A stretch of DNA of 58,000 nucleotides from Acidimicrobiales bacterium (lineage in GTDB: Bacteria > Actinomycetota > Acidimicrobiia > Acidimicrobiales > CAIXPF01), in contig JBJXGF010000407.1 in the NCBI GenBank assembly GCA_046153015.1, forward strand, positions 1-58,000, in the 5' to 3' direction. The notes beneath the pieces are model-generated. The model searched no databases. It saw only the letters and a list, made by a program, of their open reading frames with translations, and had not been told where the DNA came from. The position numbers and the translations under genes are program-made. The stretch's first letter is position 1; each line of letters starts with the position of its first letter. Below are positions 43,601-51,442 of the stretch, in pieces.

Positions 43601-43827
43601 TCCTGACCATCGTCATCGAGGACCGTCACAAGGCCGACCGCTTCTCGGTCAAGGTCACGCGGCGGGGCCGGGTCCTGGCGTCGACCGACGGCTTGCAGAA
43701 GACGTCCCGATCGACCCTGCGGGTCGATCTGTCAGCGTGCCATGCCTGCCCCTGGGAGCCCCACGAGGGCCACGAGGGGCACGAGGGCCACGACGGGCAC
43801 GAGCACTGGGCGCGGCCGCACGACTGA
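40630..43827 (+). CDS. giant repeat protein, C-terminal fragment: cadherin-like repeats, unknown ~270-aa central domain, two PKD-like double modules, His-rich tail
   Basis: The frame is open upstream to about 40609, giving GTSAPATVSLTVRAVNDAPQ, which completes the repeat broken in the previous ORF. It has further NDSDPDGDAL/FTYTASDG repeats, two ~180-aa duplicated modules, and ends HEGHEGHEGHDGHEH. Confidence 0.75.
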   Translation: MSLTVRAVNDAPQILALNRTAIIGRPIPLAVSVTDPDTAAERLTVGATAAHGSVSGAYPELTYTPGPGFRGDDTVTVTASDGLVTSSAEVVVRVVTVIDNGVVQLGINPTGELNVDSGDLLPSLNGTSAVGLRYLPTTAEATAPGCLCEGWGVADATSGVTGYANQSKGTANITPVSMTVTSSTATVVVRVGDTFLVTHRYRPSTATPNLYEDEVTIENISAAPTEVRYRRVMDWDVEPTAFTEYVTIVKGDSPELVFTSDDGFATSDPLGGPSSIRFTGAAADDGPIDHGALFDFAFGALAPGASRTFVTFYGAAGNEAAALAALRAVGAEAYSLGQPSTPGGADLGEPNTFVFAFGRVGGTPVFNRPPVANAGAATTPAGAPTPVLLSGSDPDGDPLTFAVASGPAHGVLSGTAPALVYTPDAGFSGEDTFTFTAFDGEVLSAPATVRLTVRPAAPPNRPPVLGDDAYTVAEDAALMVPAPGVLTNDSDPDGDALAITVWGAAAHGTVVGGPGGSVTYNPAADFHGADAFTYTASDGHGHTATATVRVTVTPVNDPPQVTASIPASGVEGTPIAVSAAGADADADALTFTWSVSGGPCTLTPVTGTAASLVCTDDAAAALVTVTASDGHAATPLTREVTTRNAPPSVAVRPIAAGGTAPAPVTVEAVVSDPARPTCCAVPSTSATARRPTRCSRPGASAPQRRRCWPRATLTVTDDDGGVASGFGDFLLRQANRPPTVTLSGPASGAEGAPLAVSATVADLDRDFVAVLWTMTASGLDAGGVCTLSATNGLSTSVRCTDDATVTLTALAGDGQSSTSATTTILVGDAVPSIALAPVAISGPAPAEVTVTAGVSDPGANDVLFCRFAFSDGAVRIADAASGVCRATVPGLGAGSFRVTVTVTDDDHESATASSEFTVAAPPPPSSCTTVSGEASLAGKPWRLEVEKGRGGARRVEVYGPRRQHWHGRVASTTGVDTTATLTTAPSKEGTVLTIVIEDRHKADRFSVKVTRRGRVLASTDGLQKTSRSTLRVDLSACHACPWEPHEGHEGHEGHDGHEHWARPHD
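43762..43806 (+). repeat. 5 x 9-bp coding tandem repeat (His-Glu/Asp-Gly tail)
   Basis: The units cacgagggc, cacgagggg, cacgagggc, cacgacggg and cacgagcac encode HEG HEG HEG HDG HEH. Confidence 0.9.
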
Positions 43828-43860
43828 GGCACACCCGCCCACAACCTGAGCTGGCGATCT

Positions 43861-43899
43861 GCTCGGGGCGCTCGCACCATCGGTGCGGGCGCCCCGAGC
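43861..43899. terminator. bidirectional intrinsic-terminator-like hairpin between convergent genes
   Basis: gctcggggcgctcgcacc (43861-43878) pairs with ggtgcgggcgccccgagc (43882-43899) at 17 of 18 positions around a 3-nt loop. Confidence 0.6.
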
Positions 43900-43938
43900 C
43901 GCGTCCGGCCGCCGGGTCAGGTCAGCGCTGCGCCTGGC

Positions 43939-45579
43939 TCACCAGGCGGCCACGCCCCCGGTGAGGGCGCGAGGGTCGCTGGCGCCGGCCAGCACGCCGT
44001 CCGCGCCGACCGTGATGCAGTGCGCGTGGCCCCAGTTCCAGCGGGCCGGCGACACCACCGCGTGGCCCCGGGCGGCGAGGCCGGGCGCCCAGGCCGCCGG
44101 GGCGTGGGGCTCCACGACCACCTGGGCCCGGTCGGGCTCGTCCCAGGTGTCGAACAGGTTGGAGTCGGGCGCGGCGAGGACCCAGCGGGGCCCCCACACC
44201 GCGTCGCCCGGTGAGCCGCCGCGGCCGAGCAGCCGGGCGAGCAGCTGCAGCACGATCTGGGGCTGGGAATCGGCGCCCATCGTGCCGAGCACGCTGTGCA
44301 GCGCGCCGTCGGCCTCGGTCACGACGGCGGGGGCGAGCGTGTGCGGCGGCCTCCGGCCGGGCCCGTACTCCGCCGGGTGGCCGGGCGTCAGCGAGAAGCC
44401 CATGCCCCGGTTCTGCAGGAACACCCCGACCGAGGGCACCGCCACATCAGTGCCGAAGCCGGATGCGTTGGACTGGATGAGCGCCACGCCCCGGCGCTCC
44501 TCGTCGACCGCGCAGAGAAAGATCGTGCCGCCGCCCCGGTACGTGTCGCCGAGCACGGCGGCCCGCTCCGGTGAGATCGCCGCCAGCCGGCGTCCGAGCC
44601 GCTCGGGGGCGAGCAGCGCCGCGCCGTCGGCGTGCTCGTGCAGCGCCGCCGGCCGGTCGAACGCGGCGTGGCGGGCGGCCTCGATCAGGAGGTGGGGCCA
44701 CGCCGGGTCGTCCTCGGTGTCGGGCAGGTCGAGCCGTTCGGCCAGCCAGGCGCCGGCCAGGCTGAGATACCCCTGCGAGTTGGGCGGCGGCGTCCACACC
44801 CGCCGGCCCCACACCTCGAGCCCCAGCGGCGCGACCCACTCGGCCTGGGAGCGGGCGAGGTCGGCCTCGCAATACTCGCCCCCGCCCAGCTCGATCAGGC
44901 CCTCGCCGAATTCGCCCCGGTAGAACCCGTCCCGCCCCTGCGCCGCGACGACCTGGAGGCAGCGGGCCACGCCCGGCCGGCGCACCAGCCCGCCGGGGCG
45001 GGGCCGGCCCAGCTCGCCCGGTTCGGCCAGGCCTGCGGCGGCCGCCGCGAGCAGCGGCGAGGCGGGGAACCCGTGACGGGCGGCGTCGAGCGCGGGGGCC
45101 AGCACATCCTCCAGCGCCAGGCGCCCGAAGCGGGTGTGGAGCTCCACCCACCCGTCGACGCAGCCCGGGATCGTCGCCGAGCGGATGTCGCCCTTGAACG
45201 GCATGGCCGTGCGGCCCTCGGCCCGCAGCCGGTCGGGGTCGGCGCCCGAACCGGCCCGGCCCGACGCGTTGAGGCACCAAGGCTCGGCGCCGCCGGGCTC
45301 GGCGACCAGCGCGAACAGGTCGCCTCCCATGCCGCACATGTGCGGCGTGGTGACCGCCAGCAACGCGCTGGCCGCCACCGCGGCGTCGACCGCCGAGCCG
45401 CCGGCCCGCAGCATCGCCGCCCCCGCCGAGGAGGCGAGGTGGTCGACGCTGCACACCATGCCGCGCCGGGCCCACACGGTGGCGTGGGGCGAGGGCGCAG
45501 GCACGGGCGCCATCATGGCCCCCGTGAGCGCAACGAGCACGAGCGCCGGCGGGGCGCTGCTCGACCGGCTGGCCGGCAT
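43939..45579 (-). CDS. ggt: gamma-glutamyltransferase-family Ntn hydrolase
   Basis: It has a signal-like N-terminus and MCGMGGDLFALV, typical of the GGT family, plus a processing-site region (GGGTIFLCAVD). The length fits the family. The start may instead be an internal Met at 45516 or 45513. Confidence 0.8.
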   Translation of the reverse strand: MPASRSSSAPPALVLVALTGAMMAPVPAPSPHATVWARRGMVCSVDHLASSAGAAMLRAGGSAVDAAVAASALLAVTTPHMCGMGGDLFALVAEPGGAEPWCLNASGRAGSGADPDRLRAEGRTAMPFKGDIRSATIPGCVDGWVELHTRFGRLALEDVLAPALDAARHGFPASPLLAAAAAGLAEPGELGRPRPGGLVRRPGVARCLQVVAAQGRDGFYRGEFGEGLIELGGGEYCEADLARSQAEWVAPLGLEVWGRRVWTPPPNSQGYLSLAGAWLAERLDLPDTEDDPAWPHLLIEAARHAAFDRPAALHEHADGAALLAPERLGRRLAAISPERAAVLGDTYRGGGTIFLCAVDEERRGVALIQSNASGFGTDVAVPSVGVFLQNRGMGFSLTPGHPAEYGPGRRPPHTLAPAVVTEADGALHSVLGTMGADSQPQIVLQLLARLLGRGGSPGDAVWGPRWVLAAPDSNLFDTWDEPDRAQVVVEPHAPAAWAPGLAARGHAVVSPARWNWGHAHCITVGADGVLAGASDPRALTGGVAAW

Positions 45580-46930
45580 CGTGGGCGCCGCCCACGTGCT
45601 GACCGAGCCCGACGTGACCGCCGGCTACACCCGAGACTGGACCGGCCGGTTCCGGGGCGCCACGCCCGCCGTGGTGCGCCCCGCCGACACCGAGCAGACC
45701 GCGGCGGTGGTGGCCGCCTGCGCCGCGGCCGGCGCGCCGCTCGTGCCCCAGGGCGGCAACACCGGCCTGGTGGGTGGCGGCGTGCCCCTGGCCGGCGAGC
45801 TGGTGCTGAGCCTGCGCCGGCTCACCCGGCTGGACCCCGTCGACCGTCTGGCCTCCCAGGTCACCGCCGGGGCCGGGGTCACGATCGCCGCCCTGCAGGC
45901 CCACGCCTCCGCCGCCGGCCTGGCCTATGGCGTGGACCTCGGCGCCCGCGACAGCGCCACGCTCGGCGGCACGATCGCCACGAACGCCGGGGGGCTGCAG
46001 CTCCTGCGCTACGGCGGAACCCGGGAGCAGCTCGTCGGCTGCGAGGCGGTGCTGGCCGACGGGTCGATCGTGCGCCACCTCGACGGGCTCCTGAAGGACA
46101 ACACCGGCTACGACCTGGGCAAGCTGCTGTGCGGCAGCGAGGGCACGCTGGGGGTGGTGACCGCGGCGAGGGTGAGGCTCCACCCCGCCTACGCCGAGCG
46201 GGTGGCGGCGCTGCTCGCCTTCGCCTCCGTGGAGGCGGCGGTGGCGGCCGTGATGGGCGTGAAGCACCGGCTCGAGTCGCTCGAGGCGGCCGAGCTGTTC
46301 TTCGGCGACGGCCTGGCCCTGGTGTGCGACGCCCTCGGTCTCCCCGCGCCGTTCCCGCAACGCCATCCCGCCTACGTGCTGCTCCAGTGCGCCGCTCATC
46401 ACGACCCGACCGACGAGCTGGCCGCCGCCCTCGGCGAGCTCGACGGCCTGGTCGACGCGGCGGTCGCCGCCGACACGGCCCGGCGCCGGGAGCTGTGGCG
46501 CTACCGGGAAGGCCACACCGAGGCCATCAACTCGCTCGGCGCGCCGCACAAGCTCGACGTGACGATCCCCGCGGCGCGCATCGCCGAGTTCGTGGCCGCC
46601 GCCCCCGCCGTGGTCGCCGCGGCGGCGCCGGCCGCCCGCACGTGGCTCTTCGGCCACGCCGCCGACGGCAACGTCCACGTGAACGTGACCGGCGTGGCCC
46701 CCGAGGACGACACGGTCGACGACGTGGTGCTGCGCTGCGCCGCCTCCTTCGGCGGGTCGATCAGCGCGGAGCACGGCATCGGCACCGCCAAGAAGCCGTG
46801 GCTGCACCTCAACCGGAGCCCGGCCGAGCTGGCCGCGTTCGGCGCCATCAAACGGGCGCTCGACCCCGCCGGGGTCCTCAACCCGAACGTGCTCCTGCCC
46901 GCCGCCGGGACAGGATCGGAGGCCCCGTGA
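45515..46930 (+). CDS. FAD-linked oxidase (GlcD / D-2-hydroxyacid dehydrogenase-like)
   Basis: It has an FAD_binding_4-type region (VVRPADTEQTAAVVAACAAAGAPLVPQGGNTGLVGG) and a C-terminal SAEHGIG. The ATG is at 45515. Confidence 0.85.
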   Translation: MAPVSATSTSAGGALLDRLAGIVGAAHVLTEPDVTAGYTRDWTGRFRGATPAVVRPADTEQTAAVVAACAAAGAPLVPQGGNTGLVGGGVPLAGELVLSLRRLTRLDPVDRLASQVTAGAGVTIAALQAHASAAGLAYGVDLGARDSATLGGTIATNAGGLQLLRYGGTREQLVGCEAVLADGSIVRHLDGLLKDNTGYDLGKLLCGSEGTLGVVTAARVRLHPAYAERVAALLAFASVEAAVAAVMGVKHRLESLEAAELFFGDGLALVCDALGLPAPFPQRHPAYVLLQCAAHHDPTDELAAALGELDGLVDAAVAADTARRRELWRYREGHTEAINSLGAPHKLDVTIPAARIAEFVAAAPAVVAAAAPAARTWLFGHAADGNVHVNVTGVAPEDDTVDDVVLRCAASFGGSISAEHGIGTAKKPWLHLNRSPAELAAFGAIKRALDPAGVLNPNVLLPAAGTGSEAP

Positions 46931-47742
46931 GCGCCGCGCCCGAGCTGCCCTACGAGGTGCACCCCGGCGAGGGGCCCTTCTGCCTGCTCGTGCACGGCAT
47001 CCTCGCCAGCCGGGCCAACTGGCGCCCGAACCTCGCCGCCCTGGGCGCGGTGTGCCGCCCGGTGGTGGTGGAGCTGTGGGGCCACGGCCGGTCGCCCTCC
47101 CCGGACGAACCGGCCGCGTACCGGCCCGACGCCTACGTGGCGCAGTTCGAACGCATCCGGACCGAGCTCGGCGCGCCGCGTTGGCTGCTGGTCGGCCAGT
47201 CGATGGGTGCCGGGCTCACGCTGCGGTACGCGCTCGACCACCCGGAGCGGGTCATCGCCCAGGTGTTCACCAACTCCACCTCCGGCACCTGGCGGCGTTG
47301 GGAGGCCGACCGGGCCCGGCCGATCGTGGCCAAGGACGCCGACGCGTTCCGCAGCCGGGGCCGCGCGGCGCTGGAGGACCACATGTTCAACCCGGCGAAG
47401 GCCCGCCGGGTTGACCCAGAGCTGAAGGCCGAGATGGTGGCGCAGTTCGCCGAGCACGACCCCCACGGCGTGGCCCACGGCATGGTCGAGACGATGTGCG
47501 GGGTGGGCGACGCCGAGCGCTTCGCCGAGATGGCGCCCCCCACGCTGTTGGCGCTCGGCGAGGAGGAGAAGGGGTTCCTGGCCCGCGTGGAGCTGTGCCG
47601 GCGGATCCCGGGCCTGGAGCTGAGCGCGCACCCGGCCGGCCATTCGGTCAACCTGCACGACCCCGCCGGGTTCAACGCCGCGGTCACGGCCTTTTTCAGG
47701 CGCTGGCTGACCGACCCGCCCGCTCGTCCAGGATCTGCCTGA
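46927..47742 (+). CDS. alpha/beta hydrolase
   Basis: It has LLVHG, the nucleophile elbow GQSMGA and a C-terminal AGHS. The GTG overlaps the upstream stop (GTGA, 46927-46930). Confidence 0.85.
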   Translation: MSAAPELPYEVHPGEGPFCLLVHGILASRANWRPNLAALGAVCRPVVVELWGHGRSPSPDEPAAYRPDAYVAQFERIRTELGAPRWLLVGQSMGAGLTLRYALDHPERVIAQVFTNSTSGTWRRWEADRARPIVAKDADAFRSRGRAALEDHMFNPAKARRVDPELKAEMVAQFAEHDPHGVAHGMVETMCGVGDAERFAEMAPPTLLALGEEEKGFLARVELCRRIPGLELSAHPAGHSVNLHDPAGFNAAVTAFFRRWLTDPPARPGSA

Positions 47743-48493
47743 GCAGGGTCAACTCGTCGGTGATGATGCCGTCCACGCCGAGATCGAGCAGCCGCTCGAG
47801 CTCGGCCCGGGTGTTCGGCGTCCACACGTGGACCTGGATGCCCCAGCGGCGGGCGGTGCGCAGGAAGCGCCGGTCGGCGACCGGCACGCTGACCCCGAGG
47901 ACCCGGCGCCGCTCCGGCACCTGGGCGGCGTCGCCCTTCGGCCGGGGGACGGGCAGCCCGTAGGAGCGCAGCCGCACCGCCAGCACCCCGAACAGGGTGA
48001 GCGCGCTCGCCGCCTCAGGCCCGAGCGCCCCGCGCAGCCGGCGCAGCCGCTTGGCCGAGAACGACGCCACCAGCACCCGGTCGGCCGCCCCGGCGGCCCG
48101 CAGCGTGGCGATCAGCGGCGCCACCACGCGGTCCTCCTTGGCGTCGATGTTGAGGAACGCGTCGGGCAGGCGGGCCAGCACGTCGCTCAGCAACGGCACC
48201 CTCGCGTCGGTGGGCGCGCCGTCGGGGCCGCGCAGGCGCGCCTCTCGGATCTCGGCGTAGGTGAGCTGCGCCACGAGCCCAGCCCGGTCCGAGACCCGGC
48301 CCAGCCGATCGTCGTGGATCAGCACCACCTGACCGTCGGCGGTGAGGCGGGCGTCGGTCTCGAGATGGGTGTAGCCGAGCCGGACCGCCCGCTCGAAGGC
48401 CTCGAGCGAGTTCTCCGGGGCTTCACGGGCGCCGCCCTGGTGGGCCAGCGCCAACGGAACGGGGTGGTCGAGAAAGCGGCGCGTGGGGCTCAC
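47696..48493 (-). CDS. glycerophosphodiester phosphodiesterase family protein
   Basis: It has the GDPD signature LAHQGGAREAPENSLEAFERAVRLGYTHLETDARLTADGQVVLIHD. The GTG at 48493 overlaps the stop of cfa (GTGA). Confidence 0.85.
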   Translation of the reverse strand: MSPTRRFLDHPVPLALAHQGGAREAPENSLEAFERAVRLGYTHLETDARLTADGQVVLIHDDRLGRVSDRAGLVAQLTYAEIREARLRGPDGAPTDARVPLLSDVLARLPDAFLNIDAKEDRVVAPLIATLRAAGAADRVLVASFSAKRLRRLRGALGPEAASALTLFGVLAVRLRSYGLPVPRPKGDAAQVPERRRVLGVSVPVADRRFLRTARRWGIQVHVWTPNTRAELERLLDLGVDGIITDELTLLRQILDERAGRSASA

Positions 48494-49821
48494 GAGCCCG
48501 GCACGCTGCCAGCCAGGCGCGCGTCGGTCAACTCCGCCCCCTCCCAGCGCTCGGACAGCGGCGCCGCGTCCCAGCGGGGCCGCCAACCGAGCCCCGAGGG
48601 CCCCCGCCCGGGCGGCTGGTTCACGGCCAGGACCTGGTGCACGCCCACCGTGCCCCGCTCGAAGTTCACCGCCGAGCCGGCCATGTAGAGCCGCCACACC
48701 CGGGCGCGGGACAGCCCGACCTCGGCCACCGCCGCCTCCCAGTTCGCCTCCAGGTTGGCCACCCACGCCCGCAGCGTGCGGGCGTAGTGCTCCCGCAGGG
48801 ACTCCTCGTGACGGGCCTCGAACCCGCAGCGCTGCAGCGCCGAGATCACCTGGCCCAGCTCCAGCGCCTCGCCGTCGGGGAACACGTACCGGTTCATGAG
48901 CCCGGGACGCTGGCCCCGCAGGCGGCGCTTGTACGGCGGGCGGGCGATGGCATGGTTCAGCAGCCGGCCCCCGGGCCTGAGCACCTGGGAGAGGTGGGTG
49001 AAGTACTCGGAGAGGCGGGCGGCGCCGACGTGCTCGAACATGCCGATCGAGGACACCGCGTCGAACGGGCCGTCCGACACGTCCCGGTAGTCCTGGAAGC
49101 GGATCTCGACCTTGCCGCCGAGGCCGGCCTCCACGACCCGCTGGCGGGCGAGCTCCACCTGGCGCTGCGAGACCGTGATGCCCACCGCCTCCACGCCGTA
49201 CCGGCGGGCGGCGTGCATCACCATGCCGCCCCACCCACAGCCCACGTCGAGCAGGCGCATGCCCGGCTCGAGGCCGAGCTTGCGGCAGATCAGCTCGTAC
49301 TTCTGCTCCTGGGCCAGGTCGAGCGGGTCGTCGTCGTGCTCGAACACCGCGCACGAGTACGTCATCGTGGGGCCGAGGAACAGGCGGTAGAACTCGTTCG
49401 ACACGTCGTAGTGGTGGGCGATGGCGGCGGCGTCGCGCTCGCGGGAGTGGCGCCGGCCCCGTATCCGAGCCTCCTCGGGGGGCGGGGGCAGCCGGTGCAG
49501 GGCGTCGAGGCCCACCGCCCGGGCCAGCTCGGCGAGACGGGTGGGGCTGAGCTTGACGTCGGCCATGCGGTCCTGCTCGACGAGCGCGGCGTAGAGGTCA
49601 CCCTCGATGTCGAGATCGCCGGCCACGTAGGCGCGTACGAACCCGAGCTCGCCCGGCGCTTGGAGGATGCGGATCAACGCCGCTTTCGAGTTGATCACCA
49701 CGGCGGCCGGCGCGTCGGGCGGACCCAGCTCCGTGCCGTCGTAGGCGCGTATGGCGATGGGGGGATCTTCCCCCAGCAACCCCGCTATGAGCGGCCGCAA
49801 CGACGCCGACGGTGATGCCAT
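48490..49821 (-). CDS. cfa: cyclopropane-fatty-acyl-phospholipid synthase family methyltransferase
   Basis: It has HYDVSNEFYRLFLGPTMTYSCAVF and the SAM motif LLDVGCGWGG. The 443-aa length is typical. Confidence 0.9.
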   Translation of the reverse strand: MASPSASLRPLIAGLLGEDPPIAIRAYDGTELGPPDAPAAVVINSKAALIRILQAPGELGFVRAYVAGDLDIEGDLYAALVEQDRMADVKLSPTRLAELARAVGLDALHRLPPPPEEARIRGRRHSRERDAAAIAHHYDVSNEFYRLFLGPTMTYSCAVFEHDDDPLDLAQEQKYELICRKLGLEPGMRLLDVGCGWGGMVMHAARRYGVEAVGITVSQRQVELARQRVVEAGLGGKVEIRFQDYRDVSDGPFDAVSSIGMFEHVGAARLSEYFTHLSQVLRPGGRLLNHAIARPPYKRRLRGQRPGLMNRYVFPDGEALELGQVISALQRCGFEARHEESLREHYARTLRAWVANLEANWEAAVAEVGLSRARVWRLYMAGSAVNFERGTVGVHQVLAVNQPPGRGPSGLGWRPRWDAAPLSERWEGAELTDARLAGSVPGS

Positions 49822-49955
49822 ACCCGGTCCCTCCTAGGGCAGCGCAGAACCGTTCCCTACCATCTCATATCACCGGCCCGGCGGGGCCAGGCCAGGCCAT
49901 TCCTCCCCATGGTGGCGCCCGGCCGAGGCTCACGACACGAGAGTTGCGCAACGGG

Positions 49956-49961
49956 TAACAT
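49956..49961 (+). promoter_or_regulatory. possible -10 hexamer (TAACAT) giving a near-leaderless transcript
   Basis: TAACAT ends 9 nt upstream of the ATG at 49971, and no RBS is evident. This is pattern only. Confidence 0.2.
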
Positions 49962-49970
49962 CGAAATGAC

Positions 49971-50789
49971 ATGACTGCGAGCGATCGCCCCGAGCCGCCC
50001 GAAGCCCCGGGCGAGGCGACGGCCAGCTTCTGGGCGTTGGTGGCCCCCGACGGCCCGGCGACCCTCGACGAAGGGGCGTTGCTGATCGCCGCGCACGCGT
50101 ACCCCGAGCTCGACGTCGCCCGGGAGCTCGGCCAGCTCGACCAGTTGGCCGAGAAATCGACCGGCGCCACGCTCGACGCGCTGTGCCAGCTGCTGTTCGA
50201 CGACCTCGGATTCACCGGCAACACGGCCGCCTATTACGACCCACGCAACTCGTTCCTGAACGACGTCATCGAACGACGGACGGGCATTCCCATCACGCTT
50301 GCCGTGGTCATGATCGAGGTCGGCCGGCGGATCGGCGTGGGGCTCGACGGGGTGGGCATGCCCGGCCATTTCCTCGTGCGTACACGCGCCGAACCGGTCG
50401 AGTTCGTCGACGTGTTCGCCGGCGGTCGCCGCATGGACGCCGCCGGCGCGCAGCAGGTTTTCGCCGCGCTCGCCCCTCCCGGCGCGCCGTGGGACCCGGC
50501 CTACCTGAACCCGGTCGACTCGCGGGCGATCCTCGCCCGGATCCTGGGCAACCTGAAGGGCCGGTACCGCAGCGACAAGGACCGGCGGGGCCTCGAGTGG
50601 GTGCTGCGCCTGCGCAGCCGCATCCCCGGGGTGCCCCTCTCCGAGCGCCAGGAGCTGGCCGCGGTGCTCGCCGCGCTGGGCCGGTTCGACCGCGCCGCGG
50701 CCGAGTTGGAGCTGTTGGCCGAGCTGTCGCCCGAGGCGAAGGGCGATCATCAGGCCGCCGCCGCCCGCCTGCGGGCCAACCTCAACTGA
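49971..50789 (+). CDS. SirB1-like protein (transglutaminase-like N-domain plus TPR-like C-domain)
   Basis: It has YYDPRNSFLNDVIERRTGIPITLAVVMIEVGRRIGVGLDGVGMPGHFLVR. Confidence 0.8.
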   Translation: MTASDRPEPPEAPGEATASFWALVAPDGPATLDEGALLIAAHAYPELDVARELGQLDQLAEKSTGATLDALCQLLFDDLGFTGNTAAYYDPRNSFLNDVIERRTGIPITLAVVMIEVGRRIGVGLDGVGMPGHFLVRTRAEPVEFVDVFAGGRRMDAAGAQQVFAALAPPGAPWDPAYLNPVDSRAILARILGNLKGRYRSDKDRRGLEWVLRLRSRIPGVPLSERQELAAVLAALGRFDRAAAELELLAELSPEAKGDHQAAAARLRANLN

Positions 50790-50808
50790 ACCAGGCGCAG
50801 GCCAGCCG

Positions 50809-51402
50809 GTGATCGAGCCCGCGCTCAAACGCTGCCTGGGGCAGATGATCAAGGGCGTGCAGGTGGTCGGCGCCGCGCACGGCGGGCTGGTGCGGGCCTA
50901 CACCTCGCACTGGGTGTGCCAGGTCAGCTTCGAGGAGCCGATCCTGCTGGCCTCGGTGTCGCCCAAGCACGACACCCATCCCCTCATCGTGGGGAGCGGG
51001 CGCTTCGCCGTGTCGATCCTGGCCGCCGATCAGCTCGCGGCCGGGCAGTACTTCTCCTATCCCGGCCGGCGGTTCCGCCGTTTGGCCGCCGACCAGTTGG
51101 AGCTGGTGGAGGGTTGGCCGGTCACGCCGGGCTGCATCGCGTGGCTCGGCTGCGAGGTGACCGAGCGCCTCGAGCGCTACGACCACGACCTGTTCTTCGC
51201 CCGGGTGACCGCCGCCGGCGAAGGCCGGCTCAAGGCGCCGCCGCTGCTCTACAGCTCCCGCCTCGGCTGGCGGGTCACCGGCGGGCCGGCCCGCGAACCC
51301 GGCGTCTCGATTCGAGACCAGCTCCTCGCCCGCCTCGCCGCCCTGGAACCCGAGGCCGACGGGGCCGACGGGGCCGACGAGCCGGGCCCCGCCACGAACT
51401 AG
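50809..51402 (+). CDS. flavin reductase-family protein
   Basis: It has a PF01613-like pattern (GVQVVGA...SFEEPILLASVS...FAVSIL). It starts with GTG. Confidence 0.75.
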   Translation: MIEPALKRCLGQMIKGVQVVGAAHGGLVRAYTSHWVCQVSFEEPILLASVSPKHDTHPLIVGSGRFAVSILAADQLAAGQYFSYPGRRFRRLAADQLELVEGWPVTPGCIAWLGCEVTERLERYDHDLFFARVTAAGEGRLKAPPLLYSSRLGWRVTGGPAREPGVSIRDQLLARLAALEPEADGADGADEPGPATN

Positions 51403-51442
51403 GCTGAGCCCCTCCGCCCCAGCGCCGCTCGGAGTCAGCCTC

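Noticed and set aside
38714-43616. Numerous 60-420-aa ORFs on both strands inside the giant repeat gene, for example 38714-39442 (-), 38860-40425 (+) and 42085-43350 (-).
   Set aside because: These are alternative-frame readings of a repetitive GC-rich gene with Arg/Gly-rich composition. The exception is the segment 42651-42760 of ORF 42426-42926, which I interpret as the true frame of the scrambled PKD-like module.
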